Positions 17,839-28,292 of a stretch of 64,000 nucleotides of DNA are shown here, in pieces (the first letter of the stretch is position 1; every line of letters starts with the position of its first letter). This stretch comes from an uncultured bacterium (GTDB lineage: Bacteria > Desulfobacterota_D > UBA1144). The notes below the pieces were generated by a model that was given only the letters and a program-made list of their open reading frames with translations, searched no databases and had not been told where the DNA came from. The stretch spans positions 30,931 to 94,930 of the forward strand of contig CAJWZJ010000005.1 of the NCBI GenBank assembly GCA_913050245.1. Reading direction: 5' to 3'. Made by a program: the position numbers and the translations under genes.

Positions 17839-19846
17839 TTACTGCTTTCTCAACCCCTTCGGGCAGTAACTTTTTTCCATCTGAAAATTGTACAGCAAGG
17901 TTTAGCATGGTGTCTACATCTGCACCATTAAAATTTTTAAGCCTTGGTAATAGACTCTTACATTGATCAAAAATAATTTGTTTATCTTTGATTTTTATTT
18001 CTAGTATCTCACATATTTCATCTTTGTTTGGCAATGAAGTTTCCAATAAAAGATCAAACCTGCCTGATCGAAGTAATGATTTATCAATTTGTTCGATCTT
18101 ATTCGTTGCAGCCAATACTATAACATTAGAAAGCTCCGAGAAACCATCTAGCTCTAATAAAATCTGACTTAAAATTCTTGCTGTAACTGAGTCAGATGAC
18201 ACATCACTTCCAGTAGAGCATATTGAATCAATCTCATCAAAAAATAGTATAGATGGGGAAACTTGCCTTGCCTTATTAAAAAAATTCTTTATTAATTGTT
18301 CGGATTCTCCCAAGTACTTAGAGAGGAGTTCAGGGCCTTTTATTGAAATAAAATTCATACCACTATTATTAGCTAAAGCTTTTGCGATCATTGTCTTACC
18401 TGAACCAGGTGGTCCATAAAGCATCACACCTTTTGGTAATATAGAATCTTCAGATTCTTTGATTGGATCAATAATTACTTTTTCAAGAATAATTTTGGTT
18501 TCTTTTAAACCTCCAATTTCATCCCATTTTACTTTGGGAGTTTCCACAAAAATTTCTCTAATTGCAGATGGTTGAACATTGGATAGAGCTGATAAGAAAT
18601 CATCTTGGCAAATCTTAATATTATCAACCTCAGAATAATTTATATCTGAAGAACCTAGAAGAGTTTGAACCGAATTAAGAGCTGCATCTTTACAAACCAT
18701 TTCAATATCTGCACCAACAAATCCAGAGGATAGAGAAGAAATGATATCGAAATCAATATCCTCATCAAGTGGCATACCACGAGAGTGAATATTAAAAATC
18801 TCTTTTCTTCCCTCAAAATCAGGAGGATCTAAGAAGATTTCTTTATCAAATCTTCCTGGTCTTCGTAAAGCTGAATCGATTGAATTGGGAAGATTTGTTG
18901 CAGCTAGAACAATTATTTTTCCTCTATCTTTTAGACCATCCATTAAAGCAAGTAATTGCCCCACTATTCTCTTTTCTACCTCTCCATGCACTCTATCCCT
19001 CTTTGGTGCTATAGCATCAATTTCATCAATAAACAAAATGGATGGTTGATTGTCAGCAGCAGATTGGAAAATTTCTCTTAACAATGCTTCGCTTTCACCA
19101 TAAAATTTACGAACAATTTCAGGTCCATTAACTAGCTTAAAATTAACACCACACTCATGAGCTATTGCTCTAGCAAGTAAAGTTTTGCCTGTACCCGGAG
19201 GACCTACTAAAAGTATCCCTCTTGGAGCATCTATTCCAAGCCTATAAAATATTTCAGGATGTTTTAAAGGCAACTCTACCAAATCTTTTATTTTTTTAAG
19301 CTGCTTTCTCAACCCACCAATATCATCATAAGAAGTAATGCCATCATCAGTTTTATTGTCTGTTCTCTTAATCTCTATCTTTGTATTTTGGTTTATAATT
19401 GATGAACCTGAAGGAGCTGTGGCCATAACTTTGAATAATTCAGTTTTACCTCCTGGCATCTTTGCAGAGATAGTATCTCCAGATGTTACAACATATCCAT
19501 CAATTTTAGATATAAGTATCTTGGAATCGTCATTAAATAATAAAGATTGTGAATTAGTTGGTGAAAGTACAATTTTTTTTGCCTTTAACGTATCAATTTT
19601 CTTTATTGTTACAAATTCATTTAAAGACATGTTGATATTTTGCCTGGTGATACCATCAATCCTTATATAATTATTTTTGGTATCAGGCGATGGCATTAGC
19701 CTTATAGCAGATTTTCTTTTTCCATATATTTCAACCACATCGAGAGGCTCAATTCCAAGCTCTTGCATTAATGCTGTTGGTATTCTTGCATAACCTTTTC
19801 CAGAATCTTTTGGACCTAGATCTTCAACTTTCAATTTAGTAGCCAT
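17804..19846 (-). CDS. CDC48/VAT-family double AAA+ ATPase
   Basis: CDC48-type N-domain (KDSGKGYARI..ELGIEPLDVVEIYGKRKS), D1 GPPGTGKT/IDEID/RRPGRFD, D2 GPPGSGKT/FDEID/RSGRFD. Confidence 0.92.
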   Translation of the reverse strand: MATKLKVEDLGPKDSGKGYARIPTALMQELGIEPLDVVEIYGKRKSAIRLMPSPDTKNNYIRIDGITRQNINMSLNEFVTIKKIDTLKAKKIVLSPTNSQSLLFNDDSKILISKIDGYVVTSGDTISAKMPGGKTELFKVMATAPSGSSIINQNTKIEIKRTDNKTDDGITSYDDIGGLRKQLKKIKDLVELPLKHPEIFYRLGIDAPRGILLVGPPGTGKTLLARAIAHECGVNFKLVNGPEIVRKFYGESEALLREIFQSAADNQPSILFIDEIDAIAPKRDRVHGEVEKRIVGQLLALMDGLKDRGKIIVLAATNLPNSIDSALRRPGRFDKEIFLDPPDFEGRKEIFNIHSRGMPLDEDIDFDIISSLSSGFVGADIEMVCKDAALNSVQTLLGSSDINYSEVDNIKICQDDFLSALSNVQPSAIREIFVETPKVKWDEIGGLKETKIILEKVIIDPIKESEDSILPKGVMLYGPPGSGKTMIAKALANNSGMNFISIKGPELLSKYLGESEQLIKNFFNKARQVSPSILFFDEIDSICSTGSDVSSDSVTARILSQILLELDGFSELSNVIVLAATNKIEQIDKSLLRSGRFDLLLETSLPNKDEICEILEIKIKDKQIIFDQCKSLLPRLKNFNGADVDTMLNLAVQFSDGKKLLPEGVEKAVNEISKRKKIIS

Positions 19847-19936
19847 GATTCATAATAGGTTACCGATGCGTTATAATACTTCAAGCAATTGAAATTATAA
19901 TATCTCAATTTATTAAAAATAAGTTAATCTAAAATT

Positions 19937-20365
19937 ATGATAGATAAGATTCAAAAAGATTTAAAAAGTGCTATGAAAAACAAAGATAAAGTAGCTATTA
20001 ATACTTTAAGGGGACTTATTTCAATTTTTAATAACCAAAATCCAAAAGATAGTAAGAATAGTGTTGAAAATATAATAAAAAAAGAGGTTAAAAAAAGAAA
20101 GGAAGCAATTGAGCTTTATCAGCAAAATAATAGAAATGATTTAAAAGAAAATGAAGAGAATGAACTTTCAATTTTAGAATCATACTTGCCTGATCAAATC
20201 AATGAAATAGAGTTAGAACAAAAAATTAATCAACTAAAATCTGAATTGTTCAATAATGAAAAACCAAATATTGGTATATTAATAAAAAATGCAATAAGTA
20301 AATTTAATTCTGTATCTGACAATGGAACAATAAGTAAAATATGCAGAAAAATTTTGGAGCAGTGA
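19937..20365 (+). CDS. GatB/YqeY domain protein
   Basis: DLKSAMKNKDK..LR, KRKEAIELY, ELSILESYLP. Confidence 0.9.
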   Translation: MIDKIQKDLKSAMKNKDKVAINTLRGLISIFNNQNPKDSKNSVENIIKKEVKKRKEAIELYQQNNRNDLKENEENELSILESYLPDQINEIELEQKINQLKSELFNNEKPNIGILIKNAISKFNSVSDNGTISKICRKILEQ

Positions 20366-20366
20366 C

Positions 20367-22139
20367 ATGGATTGGAATCTAAATGACCTATATGGAAATA
20401 TAAAATCAAAAAAAATTTTAAATGATTTTTCTAAGCTTGATAAAAAAGCTTTGAGATTTAATAATAATTTTAAAAATAAAATTAATAATAAAATATCTCC
20501 AAATAGATTATATGAAGCAATTGTCGAGCTTGAAAAAATATATGAGGGTCTTGGAAAAATTTCCTCATATGCATCTTTAAATTTTGCCGCAAATACAAAC
20601 AACGAAAAAATTTCTCAATTTTATCAATCAACAAGTGAAAAAGTATCGCAGATAAGAAAAAATTTACTTTTCTTTTTCATTGATTGGAACAATATAGATT
20701 CAAAAAATGCTAAGAGACTATATAAGTCTACAAAACTTGCGAAATATAAAAATTTATTAGAATCAGAAAGAAAATATAAACCTTATCTTTTAAATGAATC
20801 TGAAGAGAGAATACTAGATCAAAAATCTTTAACTTCATCAAGGGCTTTTAATAGGCTTTTTGATGAAACATTAAATAATATTGTCTTTAATTTTGATTCA
20901 AATGGAAAAGTAAAAAAATTATCGGAAACTCAAGCTCTATCTTTACTTTATGATAAGAATAGAAAAGTCAGATTAAATGCCGCAAAAGCTTTAACTAATG
21001 GTTTAAATTCTGAAAAAAGACTTATTACTTTTATATTCAATCAAATCCTTAGTGATTGTAAAATAGTTAATGATCTAAGGGGATATAAAAATCCTATAGA
21101 CTCAAGAAACCTATCAAATGAAATTAATATGGAAACAGTTCAAGCCTTAATAACTACTTGTAATAAAAACAACTCTCTGGTTCATAGGTATTACAGATTG
21201 AAATCAAAAATATTGAAAATTAAGAATTTTATGGATTATGATAGATATGCGCCACTTAGCGAAACTCAAAAAAAATACACTTTTGATGAAGCAAAAAATA
21301 TTGTTTTAGAATCCTTTAATAACTTCTCTCCTGAGATGTTCAAAGTGGCAAAATTATTTTTTGATAAGAAATGGATTGATTATAAAATCAGAGATGGAAA
21401 AAGATCAGGAGCTTTCAGCCATTCATGTGTTCCATCAGTCCATCCTTATATTTTAATGAATTTCACCGGTAAAATTAGAGATGTTACCACCTTAGCTCAT
21501 GAGTTAGGTCATGGTATTCATCAATACTTGTCTAGAAAAAATGGGTATTTTCAACAAAATACTCCTTTGACAACAGCAGAAACCGCAAGTGTTTTTGCTG
21601 AAATGTTGGTTTTTAATAATTTATTGTCTGAACTAAAATCTCCAAAACAAAAGTTATATCTAATTTGTTCAAAGTTAGAGGATATTTTTGCAACAGTTTT
21701 TAGGCAAATTGTGATGACAAATTTTGAATTATCGATACACGAAAGAAGAAAAAATGGAGGGGAATTATCATCTGATGAATTTGATAAATATTGGATACTA
21801 GCAAATAGTAAAATGTTTGGGAAATCAATTAATATTTCTGAATATTATAAAAACTGGTGGATGTATATACCTCATTTTATTCACTCTCCTTTCTATTGTT
21901 ATTCTTACTCCTTTGGAGAACTATTAGTTCATGGACTTTTTGCAAAATATAATGAGGAAGGAAAGAGCTTTGTTAAAAAATATATTAGCCTTCTTTCTTC
22001 TGGCTCAACAGAATCGCCTGAGAAGCTAGTTAATAAAGTTGGAATTAACTTAAATGATCCAAAGTTTTGGGAAAGTAGCATGTATTTAATGAAAGATTTA
22101 TTAAAACAAGCGGAAGATCTTTATAAGCAAATCAATTAA
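20367..22139 (+). CDS. pepF: M3-family oligoendopeptidase F
   Basis: WNLNDLY N-terminus, TLAHELGHGIH zinc motif, AETASVFAE, IPHFIHSPFYCYSY. Confidence 0.92.
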   Translation: MDWNLNDLYGNIKSKKILNDFSKLDKKALRFNNNFKNKINNKISPNRLYEAIVELEKIYEGLGKISSYASLNFAANTNNEKISQFYQSTSEKVSQIRKNLLFFFIDWNNIDSKNAKRLYKSTKLAKYKNLLESERKYKPYLLNESEERILDQKSLTSSRAFNRLFDETLNNIVFNFDSNGKVKKLSETQALSLLYDKNRKVRLNAAKALTNGLNSEKRLITFIFNQILSDCKIVNDLRGYKNPIDSRNLSNEINMETVQALITTCNKNNSLVHRYYRLKSKILKIKNFMDYDRYAPLSETQKKYTFDEAKNIVLESFNNFSPEMFKVAKLFFDKKWIDYKIRDGKRSGAFSHSCVPSVHPYILMNFTGKIRDVTTLAHELGHGIHQYLSRKNGYFQQNTPLTTAETASVFAEMLVFNNLLSELKSPKQKLYLICSKLEDIFATVFRQIVMTNFELSIHERRKNGGELSSDEFDKYWILANSKMFGKSINISEYYKNWWMYIPHFIHSPFYCYSYSFGELLVHGLFAKYNEEGKSFVKKYISLLSSGSTESPEKLVNKVGINLNDPKFWESSMYLMKDLLKQAEDLYKQIN

Positions 22140-22681
22140 TGATAAAAATATCCAATGGCATAAAAAAGGGTTTTAAGTTAAAAGTTCCTGCTGGTGGTCA
22201 TGTTAGGCCTAAAACATCAAAAATCAGAAAAATGATTTTTGATATAATACAAAATGTTGATGATTATGACATCTTGGATCTTTTTGCTGGCTGTGGCTCT
22301 CTTGGAATCGAGAGTTTAAGTATGGGTGCAAAATTTGCAACTTTTGTTGATAAAAGCCCTATATCTATTAAGTATATTAAAGAAAATTTAAATAAATGTT
22401 CTTTTGAAAATAATTCTGAAGTTATAAATAAAAGTTTTTCTGAAGTAACAAGACAATTAATTAAAAAAAATAAAAAATATAATTTAATATTTATTGATCC
22501 GCCTTATGATTATTTTGATGACAAAAGTCTTAATGGTATTATTAGAACTGCCTTAAAGCTTGTCATAAATAAAGGTATTATAATATGTGAACATCCTATG
22601 GAGGAGGAAATAAATCTAGAGGTTACGAGTTATAGAGTTAAGAAGTATAAAGATAAATTTATAACTTTTTGTGTAAAATAA
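22139..22681 (+). CDS. rsmD: 16S rRNA m2G966 methyltransferase RsmD
   Basis: LDLFAGCGSLGIESLS, IFIDPPY; adjacent to coaD. Confidence 0.92.
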   Translation: MIKISNGIKKGFKLKVPAGGHVRPKTSKIRKMIFDIIQNVDDYDILDLFAGCGSLGIESLSMGAKFATFVDKSPISIKYIKENLNKCSFENNSEVINKSFSEVTRQLIKKNKKYNLIFIDPPYDYFDDKSLNGIIRTALKLVINKGIIICEHPMEEEINLEVTSYRVKKYKDKFITFCVK

Positions 22682-23169
22682 TGAAGAAATCTGTGATTTA
22701 TCCTGGAAGCTTTGATCCACTAACAAATGGTCATATAAACATTATAAAACGTGCTGCTAATTCTTTTGATGAAGTAGTTGTAGCAGTTGCTATAAATTCA
22801 AGCAAATCTTCAATAATGAATATTGATCAAAGAGTTAAAGTTATTAAAAAAATTTTTAGGAATAATAAAAAAATAAAGGTCGATAAATTCAAAGGCTTAT
22901 TGGTAAGATTTGCAAAAAAGAAAAAGATAAAAACTATTTTAAGGGGTATGAGAACTGTTCAGGATTTTGAATATGAACTACAAATGGCTACATCAAACAA
23001 CAAGCTTGATTCAACCATAGAAACAATTTTTATGGTTGCTGATGCTAACTATGCTCATATAAGCTCATCATTAATAAAAGATATTATCAAATTAGGCGGT
23101 AGTGCAAAAGAATTTATTCCAAAAGCTGTCGAAATAGAATTAAAAAAAATTTTAAATAAGGATAAATAA
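22681..23169 (+). CDS. coaD: Phosphopantetheine adenylyltransferase
   Basis: YPGSFDPLTNGH, RGMR..DFEYE, ISSSLIK. Confidence 0.97.
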   Translation: MKKSVIYPGSFDPLTNGHINIIKRAANSFDEVVVAVAINSSKSSIMNIDQRVKVIKKIFRNNKKIKVDKFKGLLVRFAKKKKIKTILRGMRTVQDFEYELQMATSNNKLDSTIETIFMVADANYAHISSSLIKDIIKLGGSAKEFIPKAVEIELKKILNKDK

Positions 23170-23175
23170 TTTACT

Positions 23176-24372
23176 ATGGAACTTTCTAAATTAGCTAAAA
23201 ATTTAAAACCTTCTGCTACATTGGCAATAACGGCTAAAGCAAAGGAAATGAAATCACAAGGTATTGATGTTATTGGTTTTGGTGCTGGCGAGCCTGATTT
23301 TGATACCCCAGACAATATAAAAGATTTTGCAAAAAGATTTATTGATAATGGTTTTACCAAATATACTGCAGCGGGAGGAATTCCAGAGCTAAAAAATTCA
23401 ATTATAGAAAGAATCAGTAAAGATTATAATGTTAATTATGAGCCAAAAGAAATTTTTGTTGGATCAGGTGCCAAACATGTCCTATACAATTTATTTCAAG
23501 TTTTAATTAATGAAGGCGATGAAGTTATTATCCCCGCTCCTTATTGGGTTTCATACCCTGAACAAGTAAGAATAGCGGGAGGTACTCCGGTTATAATTCA
23601 TACTTTGCAAGAAAATAATTTTAAGTTTTCGTCAATAGAATTAGAAAATGCCATAACCTCAAAAACTAAGATCCTGGTTTTAAATTATCCATCTAATCCT
23701 ACTGGGTCAACATTAAATGAGAGGGAGTTAAAACAAATTGCTGAAATTGTTAAAAAACATAATTTGATAGTTGTTTCAGATGAAATATATGACAAAATTT
23801 TGTATGAAAACAATAAACATATCTCCTTTGTTCAATTAGATGATGAAATTAAAAAACAAACAATTCTTATCAATGGTGTATCAAAAACTTATTCCATGAC
23901 TGGATGGAGGATAGGATATGCGGCTGGTGATCCAAGTGTAATTTCGGCGATGGGCAATCTATCTGGACAATCCACATCGAATCCTACATCTATTTCCCAA
24001 AAGGCTGCACAGGAAGCATTTTCTGGCTCACAAGATGAAGTAGGAAAAATGGTTGAAGAATTTGAATCAAGAAGAAATTTTATTTGTAATGAGTTAAATA
24101 AAATTTATGGAATTAAATGTTCAATACCAGATGGAGCGTTTTATGTTTTCCCAGACATATCAAGCTTTTTCGGAAAGTCTTATAATGGAAAAGAAATAAA
24201 GAATTCGGTAGATTTTACTAATTTTCTTCTCGATGAAGCTCTTGTAGCTGTAGTCCCAGGTGTGGAATTTGGCTCAGATAAAAATATCAGAATTTCATAT
24301 GCTACCTCCATAGTTGACATTAGAGAGGGTGTAAGAAGAATTAAAGAAAAGGTTGACAAATATTGGTCATAA
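23176..24372 (+). CDS. aspC: Aspartate aminotransferase (class I/II PLP)
   Basis: GEPDFDTP, NYPSNPTG, SDEIY, SKTYSMTGWRIGY. Confidence 0.9.
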   Translation: MELSKLAKNLKPSATLAITAKAKEMKSQGIDVIGFGAGEPDFDTPDNIKDFAKRFIDNGFTKYTAAGGIPELKNSIIERISKDYNVNYEPKEIFVGSGAKHVLYNLFQVLINEGDEVIIPAPYWVSYPEQVRIAGGTPVIIHTLQENNFKFSSIELENAITSKTKILVLNYPSNPTGSTLNERELKQIAEIVKKHNLIVVSDEIYDKILYENNKHISFVQLDDEIKKQTILINGVSKTYSMTGWRIGYAAGDPSVISAMGNLSGQSTSNPTSISQKAAQEAFSGSQDEVGKMVEEFESRRNFICNELNKIYGIKCSIPDGAFYVFPDISSFFGKSYNGKEIKNSVDFTNFLLDEALVAVVPGVEFGSDKNIRISYATSIVDIREGVRRIKEKVDKYWS

Positions 24373-24445
24373 TGGAGCCGAAGGGGATCGAACCCTCGAC
24401 CTCTTGAATGCCATCCAAGCGCTCTCCCAGCTGAGCTACGGCCCC
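24373..24445 (-). tRNA. tRNA-Ala (GGC)
   Basis: GGGGCCGTAGCTCAGCTGGGAGAGCGCTTGGATGGCATTCAAGAGGTCGAGGGTTCGATCCC; G3-U70 pair present. Confidence 0.96.
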
Positions 24446-24504
24446 TAAATTTTTAAACGGTATTATAATTTGTTAGAATATAAGAATCTATATAAATTTC
24501 AATT

Positions 24505-25770
24505 ATGAGAAAAATTAATTTAGGAATTATTGGCTTAGGAACAATTGGTGAGGGCGTTTACAAAATACTCAAGAATCAAAGATCCAGAATAAAGGAATAT
24601 TATGATATTGATATAAATCTTATAAAGACATGTGATATTTCGCCCCTACTTGCTAAAAAATTAAAAATAAAAAAAAGTAAGTTTACAAAAAATTATATGG
24701 ATTTAATAAATGATCCTAATATAGATTCTATAGTTGAATTAATCGGCGGTACGACTATAGCAAATGATATAGCCATAAATACCCTAAGAAACAAAAAGAA
24801 TTTTATAACTGCAAATAAAGCTTTAATTGCAAAAAATGGTTTTGAACTTCTTTCTTTGGCAAAAAAGAATAACGTTCAACTTCTATATGAAGCCAGCGTT
24901 GGTGGTGGAATTCCGATTCTTAACTCTATACAAGACTCACTTTTAATAAACCAAGTTAAATCTTTTATTGGTATCATGAACGGAACTTGTAATTACATTT
25001 TGACCTTGATGGCAAATGGTATTGAATTTGATAATGCTCTAAAAAAAGCACAAGAATTAGGATTTGCTGAGGCTGATCCTACTTTAGATATAAATGGCAT
25101 GGATACAGCTCATAAAGTATCAGTATTATCTAAAGATTGTTTTGATTTTGATTCCAAAGTAGAAAATTTTCATGTTACAGGAATTGAAAATATTTCAAAA
25201 ATAGATATCGAGGCTGCATCGCAATTGGGTTATAAAATAAAATTAATTGGCTTAGGAAGAATTGTAAAAAATAAAATTGACCTTAGAGTCCACTTATCTT
25301 TATTAAAAAAAGATAACCCATTGTGTAATGTTGACAGAGAATTTAATGCTATTTTGATAGACTCTAAAAATCTTGGACCAGTTATGAAGTATGGATATGG
25401 CGCGGGAATGCTCCCTACTGCTACAGCTATAGTAAGTGATATTATTAGAATAAACTCGAATATCAATAGAAGTTTTAAAAATAAAAAATATAAAATGTTC
25501 AATATTAATAATCTTGAATCGAAGTTTTATTTAAGGTTAAATTTAAAAAACAATCCTGGAAATCTGGCTAAAATTACTAAATTATTTGCAAAATATTCAA
25601 TTAATATTGAGAAAATTTTACAGAATCCTGATAATGTAAATCTCAAGCATGTACCAGTAATAATAACAACTAAGAAATCTAATTATAAAACCACCAACAA
25701 GTTGATCAATCAACTTGATAAGTTGAATATAGCCTTAAAAAATCCATTGCTTATTCCAATTGAGGACTGA
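24505..25770 (+). CDS. hom: Homoserine dehydrogenase with ACT domain
   Basis: GIIGLGTIG, ITANKA, YEASVGGGIP, GFAEADP. Confidence 0.95.
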   Translation: MRKINLGIIGLGTIGEGVYKILKNQRSRIKEYYDIDINLIKTCDISPLLAKKLKIKKSKFTKNYMDLINDPNIDSIVELIGGTTIANDIAINTLRNKKNFITANKALIAKNGFELLSLAKKNNVQLLYEASVGGGIPILNSIQDSLLINQVKSFIGIMNGTCNYILTLMANGIEFDNALKKAQELGFAEADPTLDINGMDTAHKVSVLSKDCFDFDSKVENFHVTGIENISKIDIEAASQLGYKIKLIGLGRIVKNKIDLRVHLSLLKKDNPLCNVDREFNAILIDSKNLGPVMKYGYGAGMLPTATAIVSDIIRINSNINRSFKNKKYKMFNINNLESKFYLRLNLKNNPGNLAKITKLFAKYSINIEKILQNPDNVNLKHVPVIITTKKSNYKTTNKLINQLDKLNIALKNPLLIPIED

Positions 25771-25771
25771 A

Positions 25772-26836
25772 TTGAAAGAAGAAAATGTTTATGAAGAAAT
25801 TATTTTAGAAAATATTCTTGAAGGCCTGATACTTTGTGATAAAGATTTAAACTTAAAATATATTAATCAAGAAGCAGAAAGTCTAATTGGATATTCAGAA
25901 AATCAAATCAAAAAAATATCGTTTGAAAACCTTTTTGGAAAAGATATCTTCTCAGAAATTTTATCATCAATAAAAAATCAAACTCCAAAAGTGCTTAGAG
26001 ATATAATATTGAAAGATAAATTTTCTAATCAAGTTAATATCACAATATTTATAAATCCTGTTATAAGTTCTCAATCAACCCAAACTAATAAAGAATATAT
26101 TTTGATTCAGCTATTTAATCTAGAAGGAACTAATGTGTTAAATAAAAAAAATAAATTTGAAGATGAAGAAAAAATTATGAGTCAGTTATTCCATGGGTTA
26201 GCTCATGAGATAAAAAATCCACTGTCAGGAATTAAGGGTGCAGCACAGTTAATCAATAGTAATATTGCAGATAAAGATGAAATAATAGAATGTTCTCAGA
26301 TTATCGAAAGTGAAACTGAGAGATTATCAAAGCTAGTCAATACTTTTAAATATTTACAGCCTAGTAATAAAGAGAGTTTCGAAGTAGTTAATATTAATAA
26401 TATTATCAGTGATTGTATAAAGATCTGCAATATGGATAAGAAGAATCAAGGTATAAATATATCTTATGAGGCTACAACAGAATCATGTAATGTAAAAGGT
26501 AGTTCAGAATTACTTAAAATTGTATTTATTAATTTAATTAAGAATGCTTATGATTCCATCAAAAAGAAAGGAAATATATGGGTACGAACAAAATTAAATA
26601 AAAAATATAAACTTAATAAAAAAAATTTCCTTGTAATTGAAGTTATTGATAATGGTATAGGCATCAAAGAATCTAATTTAAAAGATTTATTTAAACCTTT
26701 TTTTAGTACTAAGAAAGATGGTCAAGGTATTGGACTTTTTGTCAGTCAGAAGATCATTAATAAGTTTGATGGATATATTGAAGCTACAAGTAATGATGGA
26801 AAAACTGTTTTTACTATATACCTTCCAGAAAGTTAA
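25772..26836 (+). CDS. ntrB: PAS-domain histidine kinase, NtrB-like
   Basis: LAHEIKNPLSGIKGAAQL H-box, NLIKNA, DNGIGI, GQGIGL. TTG start after a GAGGA SD. Confidence 0.75.
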   Translation: MKEENVYEEIILENILEGLILCDKDLNLKYINQEAESLIGYSENQIKKISFENLFGKDIFSEILSSIKNQTPKVLRDIILKDKFSNQVNITIFINPVISSQSTQTNKEYILIQLFNLEGTNVLNKKNKFEDEEKIMSQLFHGLAHEIKNPLSGIKGAAQLINSNIADKDEIIECSQIIESETERLSKLVNTFKYLQPSNKESFEVVNINNIISDCIKICNMDKKNQGINISYEATTESCNVKGSSELLKIVFINLIKNAYDSIKKKGNIWVRTKLNKKYKLNKKNFLVIEVIDNGIGIKESNLKDLFKPFFSTKKDGQGIGLFVSQKIINKFDGYIEATSNDGKTVFTIYLPES

Positions 26837-26858
26837 TTTAAGGATATAATCTAACATT

Positions 26859-28292
26859 ATGGAAAATAAAGTTTTAATTGTTGATGATGAACCAAGTATA
26901 TTAAAAGTTCTCAGCTTATTCTTAAAAAAAGAAAAATATAGTGTTGATAACGCATCTTCGATATCAGACACTTACAAGAAATTAAAAAAGAATGAATACT
27001 CCATAATTTTCCTTGATATAAATCTGCCAGATGGTAATTCCTTAGAATATTTTCCAAAAATCAAAGATATTTCTCATAACTCATCTATAATCGTAATGAC
27101 TGCACAGGATACAATGGATAATGCTATAAACTCAATGAAGTTAGGTGCATACGATTATATCGATAAACCGATAAATTTAGATGGCGACCTACTATTGTTG
27201 GTATCAAGAGCAAAAGAAAACTATTTAAAGAATATCCAAATTCAAGATCTAAAAAAAGATCTAAATAATGAAAAAATTAATGATAATAAAGTGGTTGGTA
27301 AATCAGCTTCTATTCAAAGAATATTTAAAGATATTGGAAAAATCTCTACGAGTGATCATACAGTGTTGATTAGAGGAGAGTCTGGTACGGGTAAAGAACT
27401 TATTGGAAAAGCAATACATCAAAATAGTTTAAATTCCAATGGGCCATATGTTCAAGTGAACATAACTGCCATTCCTGCTGATTTATTGGAAAGCGAATTA
27501 TTTGGTTATGAAAAGGGAGCATTTACAGGGGCAGATAAAAAGAAGACGGGTCGTTTTGAAGAAGCAAACAATGGAACCATCTTGTTAGATGAAATAGGAG
27601 ACATGTCCGTTGACTTGCAAAGTAAATTGCTTAGAGTTTTAGAAGAGAAAAAATTTTACAAACTTGGCTCTCAAAAGCCAACATCCTTTAATTGTAGGAT
27701 AGTTACCTCAACTAATAAAAATCTTGAAGAACTAATAGATGAAAAAAAATTTAGAGACGATTTATTTTATAGACTAAATACAATTTCTATAGATTTGCCA
27801 CCTCTCAGAGAAAGGAAAGAGGACATCCCTCATTTAATATCTTTTTTCTTAGAAAAATATCTTGATAGAAATGGTTCTATTAAAACTATAGATAATAATG
27901 CTATAGAAGCTTTGACAAGTTATGAGTGGCCAGGCAATATCAGGGAGCTTGAAAATACAATAAAGAAACTTAGTATCATGTCGAGTAACTCAAATTTATC
28001 TGTTGATGATATAGAAGAGTATTTCCCCAAAATTTTTTCAAAATCTAGAGAAAAGGAATCAAATCTAAACTATAATTTATTAATTGAGAACATACTTAAT
28101 AAGCAAAAATCGAGCAATAATAAATATAAAAATATAATAAAAAAAGTTAAGACAACAATAATAGAAAGTACTTTAATTAAATGTAAAGGAGATAGATCTA
28201 AGGCTATTAAAGAATTAGGACTGGTTAGTGATGAATTTGATGTATTAGTTAAAGATTTAAAAATCTCTAAAGAATTAATTAAATCTGATTAA
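26859..28292 (+). CDS. ntrC: Sigma54-dependent response regulator, NtrC-like
   Basis: REC domain, GESGTGKE, ESELFGYEKGAFTGA, WPGNIRELEN; atypical C-terminal HTH. Confidence 0.8.
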   Translation: MENKVLIVDDEPSILKVLSLFLKKEKYSVDNASSISDTYKKLKKNEYSIIFLDINLPDGNSLEYFPKIKDISHNSSIIVMTAQDTMDNAINSMKLGAYDYIDKPINLDGDLLLLVSRAKENYLKNIQIQDLKKDLNNEKINDNKVVGKSASIQRIFKDIGKISTSDHTVLIRGESGTGKELIGKAIHQNSLNSNGPYVQVNITAIPADLLESELFGYEKGAFTGADKKKTGRFEEANNGTILLDEIGDMSVDLQSKLLRVLEEKKFYKLGSQKPTSFNCRIVTSTNKNLEELIDEKKFRDDLFYRLNTISIDLPPLRERKEDIPHLISFFLEKYLDRNGSIKTIDNNAIEALTSYEWPGNIRELENTIKKLSIMSSNSNLSVDDIEEYFPKIFSKSREKESNLNYNLLIENILNKQKSSNNKYKNIIKKVKTTIIESTLIKCKGDRSKAIKELGLVSDEFDVLVKDLKISKELIKSD

